Below are positions 26,730-36,985 of a DNA stretch of 64,000 bases, piece after piece (positions within the stretch are counted from its first letter, which is position 1; the number at the start of each line of letters is the position of its first letter). The notes beneath the pieces are model-generated. The model was not told the DNA's origin. It worked only from the letters and a program-made list of their open reading frames with translations, and did no database searches. The DNA is from Cyanobacteria bacterium auto_48_18 (GTDB taxonomy: Bacteria > Cyanobacteriota > Vampirovibrionia > Obscuribacterales > Obscuribacteraceae). Both the position numbers and the translations under genes were made by a program. Location: positions 383,420 through 447,419 of the forward strand of contig JAVHQC010000022.1 of the NCBI GenBank assembly GCA_036170915.1, read 5' to 3'.

Positions 26730-28631
26730 ATGGTAGAAGTGCAGGCAAACGCCGTTGCAACCATCAAGGAATTGGCCAGTCAACTCAGAGTCGACAGCAT
26801 TCGCTGCACCACCGAAGCCGGCTCCGGTCACCCAACATCTTCAATGTCAGCAGCCGACATTATGGCCGTGCTGATGACCAAATATCTGAAATACGATTTC
26901 AGCAAACCTGAGCATCCGGTCAATGACCGCCTGATTTTCTCTAAAGGTCATGCCTGCCCTTTGCTTTATTCAATGTACAAAGCCGCCGGAGCGATTACCG
27001 ATAACGAACTGATGAGCTTGCGCAAGTTTGGCTCACGGTTGGAAGGTCACCCGATACCTAAGCTTTTGCCCTGGGTAGACGTCGCCACCGGCTCACTCGG
27101 CCAGGGATTGCCCATGGGTGTGGGTATGGCGCTGGCCGGCAAATACTTGGATAAATTGCCTTATAAAGTCTGGGTTTTGTTGGGCGACAGTGAAATGGCC
27201 GAAGGTTCTGTTTGGGAAGCCATGTCATGTGCGTCTCACTACAAGCTCGACAATATGGTGGCCATTCTTGACATGAATCGCCTTGGTCAGCGCGGCGAGA
27301 CTGCTTTTGGTTGGAATTCTTCTTTATATGCCGATCGTGCCAAAGCATTTGGTTTCCACGTTATTGAAATTGCCGGACACGACTTTGATCAAATTGATGA
27401 AGCGCTGCAAGAAGCCAGTGCAGTAACTGGTCAACCAACAATCATCATTGCTAAGACTGAAAAAGGTCATGGCATTCCTCTTACAGCTAACCAAGATAAC
27501 TGGCACGGTAAGCCGCTTTCTAAAGAGCAAGCTGAAGAAGCGGTGAAGTTGCTAGGTGGTATCACCAGCATGAAAGTGGCTGTACAAAAGCCATCAGATC
27601 CACCAGTAGCGAAGAAAGTCACATCAGAAATCACCGGTTCGGGCAAGTTTATTACACCTGCCTATTCTAACCCTGCGGCCACTAGAGAAGCTTACGGCGA
27701 CGCGCTGAAAGCGTTGGGTGGAGCTCATAGCGACGTAGTTGTGCTCGACGCTGAAGTGGGCAATTCTACTTATTCAGATAAGTTTGCCAAAGCGTACCTC
27801 GATCGTTTCTTCGAAATGTATATCGCAGAGCAACTGATGGTTGGTGTGGCAATCGGCTTGTCTACTCGCGGTAAGAAAGTATTTTCTTCCACCTTTGCCG
27901 CCTTCCTCTGCCGTGCCTATGATTTCATTCGTATGGCGGCCATCTCACGTGCCACCATTAAACTTTGCGGCTCCCATGCCGGCTGCTCCATAGGAGCAGA
28001 TGGCCCATCACAAATGGCTCTCGAAGATCTGGCCATGATGCGTGCCATTCATGGCAGTACCGTTCTCTATCCATCAGATCCAATTTCTACCGCTAAACTG
28101 GTAGAAAAAATGTATGGTGTGGAAGGTGTTTCATACATGCGCACCACCCGCGAAAAGACTCGCGTGCTCTACAAAGAAGACGATGTCTTTGAGCTTGGTG
28201 GCAGCAAAACATTGCGCACCTCTGCCGACGACATGGTCACCTTAATTGGTGCTGGTATCACGTTACATGAGTGTCTCAAAGCTTATGACGAGCTGAAAAG
28301 CCAGGGTATTGCAGTACGCGTCATTGACCTTTATTCAATCAAGCCAATCGATGCTAAAACTCTCCAAACTGCTGCACGTGAAACAGGCACATTGATTGTA
28401 GTTGAAGATCATTGGCCTGAAGGTGGTATGGGTGACGCGGTGCTTGATGTATTTGCACCAAAAGGTCCACCAGCTCGCGGTAGCAAAATTGCGGCATTCG
28501 ACAAGCTGCCGAAGGTTGTAAAAATTGCTGTGCGTGACATGCCCGGCAGCGGCTCACCAGAAGAGCTGATGGAAGCGGCCGGCATCACAGCCAGTCACAT
28601 TGTTGCTACTGTGAAATCTCTAATTCAATAA
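26730..28631 (+). CDS. tkt: Transketolase, short single-chain type resembling animal TKT
   Basis: GSGHPTSSMS, SKGHA, LEGHP, ATGSLGQG, TPP motif GDSE...N, IAEQ, SIGADGPSQM, VEDH. Confidence 0.93.
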   Translation: MVEVQANAVATIKELASQLRVDSIRCTTEAGSGHPTSSMSAADIMAVLMTKYLKYDFSKPEHPVNDRLIFSKGHACPLLYSMYKAAGAITDNELMSLRKFGSRLEGHPIPKLLPWVDVATGSLGQGLPMGVGMALAGKYLDKLPYKVWVLLGDSEMAEGSVWEAMSCASHYKLDNMVAILDMNRLGQRGETAFGWNSSLYADRAKAFGFHVIEIAGHDFDQIDEALQEASAVTGQPTIIIAKTEKGHGIPLTANQDNWHGKPLSKEQAEEAVKLLGGITSMKVAVQKPSDPPVAKKVTSEITGSGKFITPAYSNPAATREAYGDALKALGGAHSDVVVLDAEVGNSTYSDKFAKAYLDRFFEMYIAEQLMVGVAIGLSTRGKKVFSSTFAAFLCRAYDFIRMAAISRATIKLCGSHAGCSIGADGPSQMALEDLAMMRAIHGSTVLYPSDPISTAKLVEKMYGVEGVSYMRTTREKTRVLYKEDDVFELGGSKTLRTSADDMVTLIGAGITLHECLKAYDELKSQGIAVRVIDLYSIKPIDAKTLQTAARETGTLIVVEDHWPEGGMGDAVLDVFAPKGPPARGSKIAAFDKLPKVVKIAVRDMPGSGSPEELMEAAGITASHIVATVKSLIQ

Positions 28632-28652
28632 GTGCTTCAAATTTAGACCATG

Positions 28653-28691
28653 AAAAAACTCCTCCAGCAGTAAAATTGTTGGAGGAGTTTT
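28653..28691. terminator. Bidirectional rho-independent terminator between convergent genes
   Basis: AAAACTCCTCCAGCA / TGTTGGAGGAGTTTT stem with an A tract on the left and a T tract on the right. Confidence 0.85.
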
Positions 28692-28715
28692 GATTTGCAG
28701 CCGGCTTCGTTTAAA

Positions 28716-29072
28716 TTATTCGGGGCTAGCAGTGCGCTTGTTCAGCGAATCTTTAGTGATCTTCAGGCTAACTTTATTGAGGTCTTTTTCAATTTTATTT
28801 TCGTCGGCATAGCTAAGTTTGCCACCATTTTTTTCTTTGGCTTTTTCAATTTTGGCATTGATATCGGCAAGATCTTCTCGCAGATGATCTGCTTCCTTTA
28901 GAGTCAATTCGTTTGCTTTTTGGCCCTTGTTGATTTTAGCGGTCAATCTTTCGATGCGCATAGTGATGGTAACCTTCTGCTTTGCTGAAGCTTCAGCTAC
29001 AGAAATCATTGTGCTCATTCCGGTTGCCATCATCAGGCTCAAGCAAAAGCTTGCCACTTTAGTAAAATTCAT
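28716..29072 (-). CDS. Small secreted alpha-helical hypothetical protein
   Basis: Signal peptide; I..G.KANELTLKEA..L repeat-like motif; SD GGAGG. Confidence 0.7.
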   Translation of the reverse strand: MNFTKVASFCLSLMMATGMSTMISVAEASAKQKVTITMRIERLTAKINKGQKANELTLKEADHLREDLADINAKIEKAKEKNGGKLSYADENKIEKDLNKVSLKITKDSLNKRTASPE

Positions 29073-29238
29073 TGATTATCCTCCAGAACGTAAATACTGG
29101 CGACAATCTTAGCGCAATTGCTGACAGCTATAGTCACCAAGCACAAATAGTGTTGAAAGTCGGCTCACAAGGTATATACAGCTAGTGATAAGGCCTGTTA
29201 TTGACGTATAATCCTGCAAACCATTGAAGGACATAGAT

Positions 29239-30012
29239 ATGAAGGAATTCGCTGCCTATAAGGCACCATTTTATACATTCTTCTCGGCGCCTTTTTACCG
29301 CGACCTTTTGAAGAATGGCAAGGGCCTCGGCATTCTCTACCTCCTCATTTTATCTGCCATTTTCTGGTCGTTGCAGACGGCTAAAATATTTGCGGTGATG
29401 CAAATGGGCATCAATGGGCCTGAAGTAAGCGAAATGGTCGCCCAGGTGCCTGAAATGAAGTGGAAACAAGGCAAGCTCAGTATTGATAAACCATCACCCT
29501 ATATTATTCTCGACGACAAAAAGCAGCCGGGCATTATCTTTGATATCAATGGCAAAATGAAAACCCTGGCTGATGCAAAGGGCGCCAAGGTGCTTGTTAC
29601 GGAAGATTTTCTGGTAGCTAAGAAATCCTCAGGAGTAGAAGAATCTATTCCGTGGGCAAAAATTGAAGACTTTGCCGTAACCAGAGCCATGGTTGAAGAT
29701 TGGCGCAGCAAGGTAGTGCCCATTGGCACCACAATTATCTGGACCATGGGAATTTTTGTCTGGTTCGGACATGTTGTGATGGCTCTGATTTACGGGCTGA
29801 TTGGTCTGATTTTTGACAAACGCAAAGTCGGTTTTCAGGCCATGATGAGGCTGGCTGCTTTTGCCATGACGCCCAGCATTATTATTTCAGTGCTGCAACA
29901 GTTAACCGGTTTTGAAATTCCGTTATATCCGCTGATTTCGATCATCATGCAGATCGGCTTCATGTATTTCGCTTATCAGGCGTTTGAAAAAGGTGAAGAA
30001 GCCCAAGTCTAG
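29239..30012 (+). CDS. DUF1189-like membrane protein
   Basis: FFSAPFYRDL...GILYLLIL N-terminal TM, VPEMKWKQGKL soluble domain, three C-terminal TMs with AFAMTP; ATG at 29239 after AAGGA. Confidence 0.65.
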   Translation: MKEFAAYKAPFYTFFSAPFYRDLLKNGKGLGILYLLILSAIFWSLQTAKIFAVMQMGINGPEVSEMVAQVPEMKWKQGKLSIDKPSPYIILDDKKQPGIIFDINGKMKTLADAKGAKVLVTEDFLVAKKSSGVEESIPWAKIEDFAVTRAMVEDWRSKVVPIGTTIIWTMGIFVWFGHVVMALIYGLIGLIFDKRKVGFQAMMRLAAFAMTPSIIISVLQQLTGFEIPLYPLISIIMQIGFMYFAYQAFEKGEEAQV

Positions 30013-30019
30013 TCTAATG

Positions 30020-30709
30020 CTAACGGTCTAGAAGCGGACTGCGCAAACGTTTAGATGTAGTTTGAGTTTCAACTTCTGCCACCTCAGTTGCACCACTGGC
30101 GGTTACACCGCTGATGGCACCAATGGCGCCTAATTGCTGCAAGACGCTGAAAACAATATCGTAAGCGTTTTGCAGATGGTGCAGCTTGTCCATCACACCG
30201 TCGTAATGGTAGACAACCGCATTGGCATGTTCAGGAATGCGCAACTTGGGATAAGTCTGTGCTGCTTTAGTTTCGATATGCAAGAGTGTTGGCGGTTGCA
30301 AAAGTATTAATTCGCGCATTTGCACGTCTAGAAAAAGTTCTTGGATTTTCTGAGGATCTGTGCCTTGAATCATAAATTTGCTGTCGAATAAGGCGTCTTG
30401 AACTTGCAAATCTTGCATGCCCATAGCTTTGCCGATTTTATGATGGTCTTTTTCTTGGAAAATAGAAAAAGCGAAATCGTCAGCAGGCGGATAGCAGACC
30501 AAAACGCTATTGCTTGCGCCTTTTTTGCCATAACGAGATTCGGGAGAATAAACGATTCTAAGGCTGGTATCTTCCAGCGGTACCGAAAGCGCAATCAGTT
30601 TGCCTTCGTCTTCACCGCTGTCAGTTAAGACTTTGCCCTTTTTTTCGTCAGCGAAATTTCTCCAAACATACTCCCAACCAAAGAGGTCGCTGTGAAATTT
30701 CATGGTCAT
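30020..30709 (-). CDS. Hypothetical protein, DUF3137-like
   Basis: 229-aa ORF with GMQDLQVQDALFDSKFMIQG block. Confidence 0.55.
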   Translation of the reverse strand: MTMKFHSDLFGWEYVWRNFADEKKGKVLTDSGEDEGKLIALSVPLEDTSLRIVYSPESRYGKKGASNSVLVCYPPADDFAFSIFQEKDHHKIGKAMGMQDLQVQDALFDSKFMIQGTDPQKIQELFLDVQMRELILLQPPTLLHIETKAAQTYPKLRIPEHANAVVYHYDGVMDKLHHLQNAYDIVFSVLQQLGAIGAISGVTASGATEVAEVETQTTSKRLRSPLLDR

Positions 30710-30828
30710 TCTCCGCTTTTAAAACTTAGAGTTGATTTTAGCCAAATTGCCTGCCGCTTTGCAAGGGTGTGTGTCTTATCTGATTACAACTCTCGTGCGA
30801 TAGGATATTGAAACGATAGGATATTGAA

Positions 30829-31728
30829 ATGCTCTTGCCAAATCGCAGAGAAATTTTGCCAAAATTTCTCTGCGATTTGGAAATGAGCTTAGAAGACCCC
30901 AGAAGACCCCAGAAGAATGGAGCTAATATCGATATCGCCGCAACAATGTGGATAAGAGACGGTGTGCTTGTGGACCGCATGCACATTAACGCTGTGGCCT
31001 TCGCCTATGCGGCTTATCTCACGCTTGAACCGGCCAGAATGAGCGCTAGTTTGGCCGAACTGGTAAATTTTTCCCTGGCCAAATCGGGCATGTCTTGCCT
31101 GGAAAAAATACTCAGTTTGGAGATCAATGCTTCACTTGAAGATGCTCAGGTTGCTGCCCGATTTTATAACCAAATTGCCACTGAAGCCGCGGCTTCTGCC
31201 AGCTATTTTAGCGGCGCACTGGAGACCCTGTGCAAGCTAAAAGCGTCAGGCACTAAGAACTTCATTACATCAGCTGTGGAGCAGCAGATTTTAGACCAGT
31301 GGCTCACGAGCAAACAGGGCCTGGAGGCAGCTCCTTATCTGGAAGAAACTCTTGGTCGGCGAAATAATTTTGTTAAAGGAGCCGATCATTTTGAATACGT
31401 GCGAAAAATCGTAGATTGGGCGCCTATTTATTATATTGCCGACGCCGAATTCGAAATCAAACAGGCCGCAAGCATCAAGCAAGCTAATAACCTGGTGCCC
31501 CTGGGCTTTGCTCATTGCACTGATAGCGACCAAATCAGGCAAGCTCAGTCACTAGTGCGCACGGCTTGCAGTGTCGTGGCTTCGCAGTGGCAATTTGCGT
31601 TTCTTGATACCATCGACTGCAATAATTTGATCTTGCCAACGCAAGAAGCTATAAGAGAAAATCTGCTGAAAGCCGGTGCAGTAGCTGTAGTAGCCGACTT
31701 TGCCGAACTTGCCGAATATCTTTTCTAA
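30829..31728 (+). CDS. HAD-superfamily-like protein with degenerate catalytic motif
   Basis: WIRDGVLVD (motif I with the first Asp missing), FITSA (II), K in FVKG (III), YIADAEFE (IV). Confidence 0.6.
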   Translation: MLLPNRREILPKFLCDLEMSLEDPRRPQKNGANIDIAATMWIRDGVLVDRMHINAVAFAYAAYLTLEPARMSASLAELVNFSLAKSGMSCLEKILSLEINASLEDAQVAARFYNQIATEAAASASYFSGALETLCKLKASGTKNFITSAVEQQILDQWLTSKQGLEAAPYLEETLGRRNNFVKGADHFEYVRKIVDWAPIYYIADAEFEIKQAASIKQANNLVPLGFAHCTDSDQIRQAQSLVRTACSVVASQWQFAFLDTIDCNNLILPTQEAIRENLLKAGAVAVVADFAELAEYLF

Positions 31729-32699
31729 TGCATCGGCTCAAAAATAGCGGCGTCTTCACCAAGTGACTTTGTTCCATGACCGACAATAATTTTGGCACGA
31801 GGAAATAGTGCTTTAATGGTGGCCACCTGGGGGTGACCTAAGCTAAGTGGCAATCTGAGTTGCGTGATGGGCAAGCCTTTCAATGAAGCCATTCCACGCT
31901 CAGTAACCCTCGTGCCTGCTACATCTAAAAAATGAAGTTTTTTCAAGCGTGCGAGAAATTTTATAGTCTCGTCGGTGATGTTTTGATTGCCCCCCAAATG
32001 CAGCTCGTTTATGTTTGTACATGCACCTACGTATTTAAGCGCTTCTGCGTTGGGGTGGCACCGGGTTAAGTTCAGCCTTTCCAGCTTAGGCAAACTGACC
32101 AGATATGCATAGCTGGCCGGCTTCAGCGAATTGTGCCCCATTTTCAAAATTGAAAGCTTTTTCAAATTTGTTAGAGATTTAAAGGAGCTGCCGTTTACCA
32201 GTGTTGAAAATAGCGAAAGGCTTTCGAGATTGGTCAGGTATTTGACATTAGCCAGGCCGATGTCGCTCACTTCCGAACGGTCCAATATCAAATTTTTGAG
32301 CCCGGTCATATGGCCCACGTAAACCATGGCTTTGTCGCATAGCCCATCTTCACTATCAGCAAACGAAGAAAATCGCATGCGTAGTGATTCAACGCAATCT
32401 GGTGGAAGATTTTTCAAGACTTCAGGGTGAAGAAAAAATTTGTGATTGGCGTCGAGTAAAATCTCACTGTCGGCATCGAAGGTAACTGTGCCTTGAGCTG
32501 GCCCAACTGGTGTTTTGTCGTCAGGTCCGCGCATGGCCTTTTTAGCTGTGAGAATACCAATGGAAAAATCTTTGGGGAAGTTGACCACTCGTTTTGCACC
32601 AGCCGCTGACACCACTGCTGGTGTTAGCTCTAAGCAGCCTGCTGCTAATGCTGCGATCACACAGAGAGTTTTGCCTAATCTGTTGTCAGTGAAAAACAT
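31725..32699 (-). CDS. Secreted leucine-rich repeat protein
   Basis: Signal peptide; ~24-aa repeats LKNLILDRSEVSD, LESLSLFSTLVNG, LERLNLTRC, LHFLDVAGTRVT. Confidence 0.85.
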   Translation of the reverse strand: MFFTDNRLGKTLCVIAALAAGCLELTPAVVSAAGAKRVVNFPKDFSIGILTAKKAMRGPDDKTPVGPAQGTVTFDADSEILLDANHKFFLHPEVLKNLPPDCVESLRMRFSSFADSEDGLCDKAMVYVGHMTGLKNLILDRSEVSDIGLANVKYLTNLESLSLFSTLVNGSSFKSLTNLKKLSILKMGHNSLKPASYAYLVSLPKLERLNLTRCHPNAEALKYVGACTNINELHLGGNQNITDETIKFLARLKKLHFLDVAGTRVTERGMASLKGLPITQLRLPLSLGHPQVATIKALFPRAKIIVGHGTKSLGEDAAIFEPMH

Positions 32700-32714
32700 C
32701 TTTAATATCTATTC

Positions 32715-34292
32715 TTAGCTGTAGAACCACTGTTCGGCTCGTAAGAGCTCTACGGCAATTTCTCTGATTCTTTTGGCGAAGGCAAATTGCGTCAACTCGT
32801 GATGGGTCAATGTGCTCAATATCTGTTCGCCATTTTCACCGCGACGCGGATACTTCAGTGGCACATTCCAGAAGGGCAGGCGGCCTGGGCCCGGCTCTAC
32901 AAGCCCTGTTGGCCTGGGGCTGTATGGAATATCGCCATACTCGTTTTGCCACTCTTGCAGAATAGCCCCGACTCTTTGCATGGAGCGATTGCGATATTCA
33001 TGACCCATGGCCGAACTGAACGCGGCATCGCTGTGGAAAACGTCTGGTTGTTTGTGACGCGCTCGCTGCATGGCTAGTTCTACTCTTTCGCTACCTGTAA
33101 TCATATGGATGCTGTCGCGAGGCCCCACAGTGACGCCGCTGAGTAACTCTGTCATGATTCGCAAGACTCTTATCACTGCCATTTGCGTACGTCTAATGCC
33201 ACGCAATGCAAGGTTTTTTACTTCTGGCAAAAGTATGTTGAAAGAATCTGCGAAGCTAGCCATGGCTGATTCGAGCGAATCATATATGGTGGCATCTTCA
33301 AACATCGACTCGGTACCTGGCCCGCGAATTAAGGCAATTTTGGCAAAGCCGTCGGGATTGTTGTAATTGATTGAGTGGTCGCCGGCAATGAGAGCGTGTG
33401 CGATTTTAGAGCCTGTAACTTCAGGGTGGGGCACATACCATTCGTCGATGGAAATCAGTTTCAGAGCTTCGCGTTCATCTTTGGTAAAGTCAATTAGCCC
33501 CAGATCGCTAGTCAAATGTTCTTTGGCAAATGGATTGGTTATCTTTGAGTAGATTGAGCAAACCGTGTGCTGATCACGGTTGCGCTGCAGGTCGTGACTG
33601 GTCGGATTATGGTGATAGCGTTCAAAGGCTTCAAGATTGAGTTTGGCGCTCAGCATCTTTGCCACTGTTGTTGCCATAAATTTTGGTGGTGCAATCTGGT
33701 GTTGCTTAATAGCCAGGACAATGCGTTCAATTGATTTCATATTTTCAGCATTGTCAACTTCCCAGAGATAAGACAGTGCCTGGGCTGCGGCCTGTGAGCC
33801 GTGAATGTTGTGAATGATAAAATTAGTGCGGGTTTTAACGGCGTCTGAAAATATTGAGGCAATGATGGCATCGCGCATTTCGTCTGAGGTGAGCTGCAGA
33901 ATTTTAGAAGCTTCATAAACTTGATCAAGCTCTGCTCGGGTGTGCTTCCAGTTCATGTTCCACTGATAGCCCCGGTGGGCACCGCCGGTTTCTTCCGCTT
34001 CTAATTTTAAGTATGCTTCGCGCACCAGAGTAAGACAGCGCCAGATAATATCTTTGTCTTCTTTTTTGAGTAAATGTTCTGATTCGATTTTGTCGTAGAC
34101 ATGAGTTACCTGGCCATCACCGGCGAGAACGGGTACGTCGGCCAGGTCAGCAATTAAGTCAGCAAGCGATTTGCTTTCATCAGCTAGTGGTGGAAATAAA
34201 TCTTTCCACTTGCCGTTGTCTGACAATTCGAGCAATCTAGTTTGGTTCTGATTTGCGTTACCGCTCTTTTTAGCGCTCGATTTGGCCATCAC
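32715..34292 (-). CDS. Hypothetical protein with divergent HD-domain-like fold
   Basis: WKHT...IIASIFSDAVK...HNIHGS...AIKQHQ...IAGDH follows the HD-domain spacing with SD replacing HD. Confidence 0.45.
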   Translation of the reverse strand: MMAKSSAKKSGNANQNQTRLLELSDNGKWKDLFPPLADESKSLADLIADLADVPVLAGDGQVTHVYDKIESEHLLKKEDKDIIWRCLTLVREAYLKLEAEETGGAHRGYQWNMNWKHTRAELDQVYEASKILQLTSDEMRDAIIASIFSDAVKTRTNFIIHNIHGSQAAAQALSYLWEVDNAENMKSIERIVLAIKQHQIAPPKFMATTVAKMLSAKLNLEAFERYHHNPTSHDLQRNRDQHTVCSIYSKITNPFAKEHLTSDLGLIDFTKDEREALKLISIDEWYVPHPEVTGSKIAHALIAGDHSINYNNPDGFAKIALIRGPGTESMFEDATIYDSLESAMASFADSFNILLPEVKNLALRGIRRTQMAVIRVLRIMTELLSGVTVGPRDSIHMITGSERVELAMQRARHKQPDVFHSDAAFSSAMGHEYRNRSMQRVGAILQEWQNEYGDIPYSPRPTGLVEPGPGRLPFWNVPLKYPRRGENGEQILSTLTHHELTQFAFAKRIREIAVELLRAEQWFYS

Positions 34293-34320
34293 TCGTCTCC
34301 GTTACTTGCTAAGGGCATGT

Positions 34321-35376
34321 TTATATTGTTTGGCCGCGCTCTAAAATCCACTTGATGCTGCGCCTCATACCCTCTGCCAAAGCGACTTTGGGATTGTACC
34401 CGAGTTCGGCTTTTGCCAGATCAATTTTGCAGGCGATATTCTTGTTCATCTCTGAAAGTACGTGAAATTTCTGGTGATAAAGACCGAGACCTTGCAAAGT
34501 GCCGTCAACTAAAAATGCCACATCGCTGGCTATTGAAGGTAAACGCATACGTTTGTGAGCACAGCTAATGTTGAAATCTTTTTCTAGAACACTTTCTACC
34601 GTGTCAACTATTTCGTTCATGGTATACGGCCGCTCATCAGCGATCCAGTAGGTTTTGCCATTGGCCCTGTCGATGGTCTCACAAAGCATCAGGCCCTGAC
34701 AAATGTTGTCTACATAAGCCATGGAGCGAAGGTTTTCGCCGCTGCCAACAATAGGCATTTTGCCATTCTTAATCATTGAGAAAAATAGGGTTTGCCGTGG
34801 CGGCTGGCGTGGCCCATAGAACCATGGTGGCCTGATAATCACTGTTTCCATGCCGCCTGCGTGCGCCTCATTGACAAGATCTTCGGCCATTTTTTTCGAC
34901 AGACCGTAATGCATGTAGGGGTTATATTTTGATTTTTCATCAAAACTATCTTTGATGTCGGCGCTGCCATTGCAACCAATAGGCGAGTTAGAGGAGACAT
35001 GTACGAAACGTTTAACCCCTGCAGCTTGAGCGGCTTTAAGCATGTGGCGAGTGCCTTCCAGGTTGACTTGATAAAACTCTTTGCGACCGCTGTTCGGATG
35101 GATCACACCAGCAATATGGAAAACAGTTGCTCCTTTTGCGCCCTCCATAAGCTTGTCTAAGCCGGCACCAGTGGCCAGGTTTCCTTCTACAAACGTCAAC
35201 TGCTTCGATAGTGCCTGAAGTTCGCTGACATCGCTTCCGGGCAGAGTGAAAGCACGCACTGGACGGTCGGCTGGTGTGGAGAGGCTGGCAACTTCAGGAA
35301 GGCCGCCTATTAACGCTTCCACCAGGCTAGAGCCGAGCCAACCGGGAACACCTGTGACAATGGCAAGCTCAGACAT
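34321..35376 (-). CDS. NAD-dependent epimerase/dehydratase (extended SDR, 3-beta-HSD-like)
   Basis: VTGVPGWLG, VNLEGT, YGLSK, IRPPWFYGP. Confidence 0.9.
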   Translation of the reverse strand: MSELAIVTGVPGWLGSSLVEALIGGLPEVASLSTPADRPVRAFTLPGSDVSELQALSKQLTFVEGNLATGAGLDKLMEGAKGATVFHIAGVIHPNSGRKEFYQVNLEGTRHMLKAAQAAGVKRFVHVSSNSPIGCNGSADIKDSFDEKSKYNPYMHYGLSKKMAEDLVNEAHAGGMETVIIRPPWFYGPRQPPRQTLFFSMIKNGKMPIVGSGENLRSMAYVDNICQGLMLCETIDRANGKTYWIADERPYTMNEIVDTVESVLEKDFNISCAHKRMRLPSIASDVAFLVDGTLQGLGLYHQKFHVLSEMNKNIACKIDLAKAELGYNPKVALAEGMRRSIKWILERGQTI

Positions 35377-35401
35377 GGTTACTCCTTAGTAGTATTGAAT
35401 T

Positions 35402-36985
35402 TCATGGTTTGTGCAGCTCCGCAAAATGGAGGGCATTGCGCCGTGCCATTGCCATAATTGTGCCTTGCGGATTGATGCCTGGAGAGTCGGGCAACATGCT
35501 GGCATCATTAACATAGAGATTGCTAAATCCATGCACTTTACCAAATGAGTCAGCGGCACAGCTTTCTGCTTTTTCTCCAATTGGGCAGGTAGAGAACGCG
35601 TGCACAGTGGTCAAACTAAGGGCGTTGCGCGGCAGATTTTCGTCGAGCCAGCGCACTGCTTCGAGTTCTGAGCTAATTTTTGGTAAACCCTGAACGCAAG
35701 GATAGACAGCTTTAGCACCTGCCGAAAGCAGCAATGAAGATAGCCTTGCCAGGCCCTGACTGAGATGGCGAATATCAGTATCTGAAAGCTCGTATTTTAA
35801 AACTGGTTCGCCGTCGCCCAGTAGTGATGTGCGCACGGTACCACTGCCGGTGCCGCGCACCGCTACATAGTAAGTAGCCATCTGCCGATAATCGGCAATC
35901 AAATCGTGGTTAGTGAGCCAGTTGTCTCCCAGGTTTAACGCCAGGTGACCAACTGAAAAGAATGAGCCACCCATAGAAATATCGGGCCAAAATTCTTTCA
36001 CTTGCAAAAGCGGCATGACACTTTTATGAGCGTCGATATCTTCATCAAACAGAGCTGATACTTTGAGCATTGGGTGAATTTGAAAAGTATCACCTACGTG
36101 TTCTTTAATGCCGCTTTTGCGCAAAAGGCCAGGGGTTTGGGTGGGCCCGGCGCAAACAAAAACATGATCGGCGTCAATGCGAACAAGGTCGCTTGTGCGG
36201 TCCGCTTTGTGTATTTCAGCGAGAACACCTGTGATTTTTCCTCTAGATTTGAGCAGCAACTTGGCCTTGCAGCCAGTGATGAAGCGTGCGCCATGGGCCT
36301 GAGCTTGAGGAATCAGTTTTACGCTAACTCCCTGCTTGGCTCCTTTCGGACAGCCGGTTGAGCAAGTATTGGTGTTGACGCAATCGGCCGCCGCTCGTTT
36401 AACTTCTTGTGCCGACCATTGCATGGCTTCTACGCCGCGATTAAATACGGCAGTTGATTTTGGCCACGGGCCAGGATGATTGCTTACGCTCAGCATAGTT
36501 TCGGCCCAGTCAAAATGCTGATCGAGCGATTCTTGAGTAAAGTCGGCCAGGCCGAATCTGGCCTGCCAGCGCATGAGAAATTCTGGTGGCAATCTGTGCC
36601 AGAAACCGCTATTAATTTCAGTGCTGCCACCCAGGCAACGGCCTTCCACATAGCCAATCGGTACGCTGCCCATCACCGGCATGATGCCGCGATTGCGATA
36701 GAGCAAACTCATGGCTTTTGCTGGTGACTGACCATAGTCTGCAAAACCATGACGCTCACCTTCTTCAAGAACTACAACTTCAAAACCTTGTTCAGCTAAA
36801 ATGCTGGCGGTTGTGGCACCACCTGCGCCACTGCCGATGATGAGCACTTGCACGCGAATGGGCTGACCGGTAGCGTTTTCGCGCGTGCTTGTAGAAGTAT
36901 TGATGCCGGTACTAACACCGGTGATAACAGTACTGCTGGTAGTGCTGCTAGTGCTAGTACTGCTAGTAGTGTCACCTGCTGTCAT
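35402..36985 (-). CDS. GMC family FAD oxidoreductase with Thr/Ser-rich N-terminal extension
   Basis: IIGSGAGG, GRCLGGSTEINSG, CxxxxxCxxGC, HAFSTC, NLYVNDAS..P...GINPQGTIMA. Confidence 0.92.
   Translation of the reverse strand: MTAGDTTSSTSTSSTTSSTVITGVSTGINTSTSTRENATGQPIRVQVLIIGSGAGGATTASILAEQGFEVVVLEEGERHGFADYGQSPAKAMSLLYRNRGIMPVMGSVPIGYVEGRCLGGSTEINSGFWHRLPPEFLMRWQARFGLADFTQESLDQHFDWAETMLSVSNHPGPWPKSTAVFNRGVEAMQWSAQEVKRAAADCVNTNTCSTGCPKGAKQGVSVKLIPQAQAHGARFITGCKAKLLLKSRGKITGVLAEIHKADRTSDLVRIDADHVFVCAGPTQTPGLLRKSGIKEHVGDTFQIHPMLKVSALFDEDIDAHKSVMPLLQVKEFWPDISMGGSFFSVGHLALNLGDNWLTNHDLIADYRQMATYYVAVRGTGSGTVRTSLLGDGEPVLKYELSDTDIRHLSQGLARLSSLLLSAGAKAVYPCVQGLPKISSELEAVRWLDENLPRNALSLTTVHAFSTCPIGEKAESCAADSFGKVHGFSNLYVNDASMLPDSPGINPQGTIMAMARRNALHFAELHKP

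Noticed and set aside
8210..36985. Other TGA-ending ORFs (8210, 12177, 17923, 35402, 36982) as further Sec read-through cases
   Set aside because: They are ATGA/GTGA couplings or short overlaps with the next gene in another frame, and the proteins are complete at the stop.
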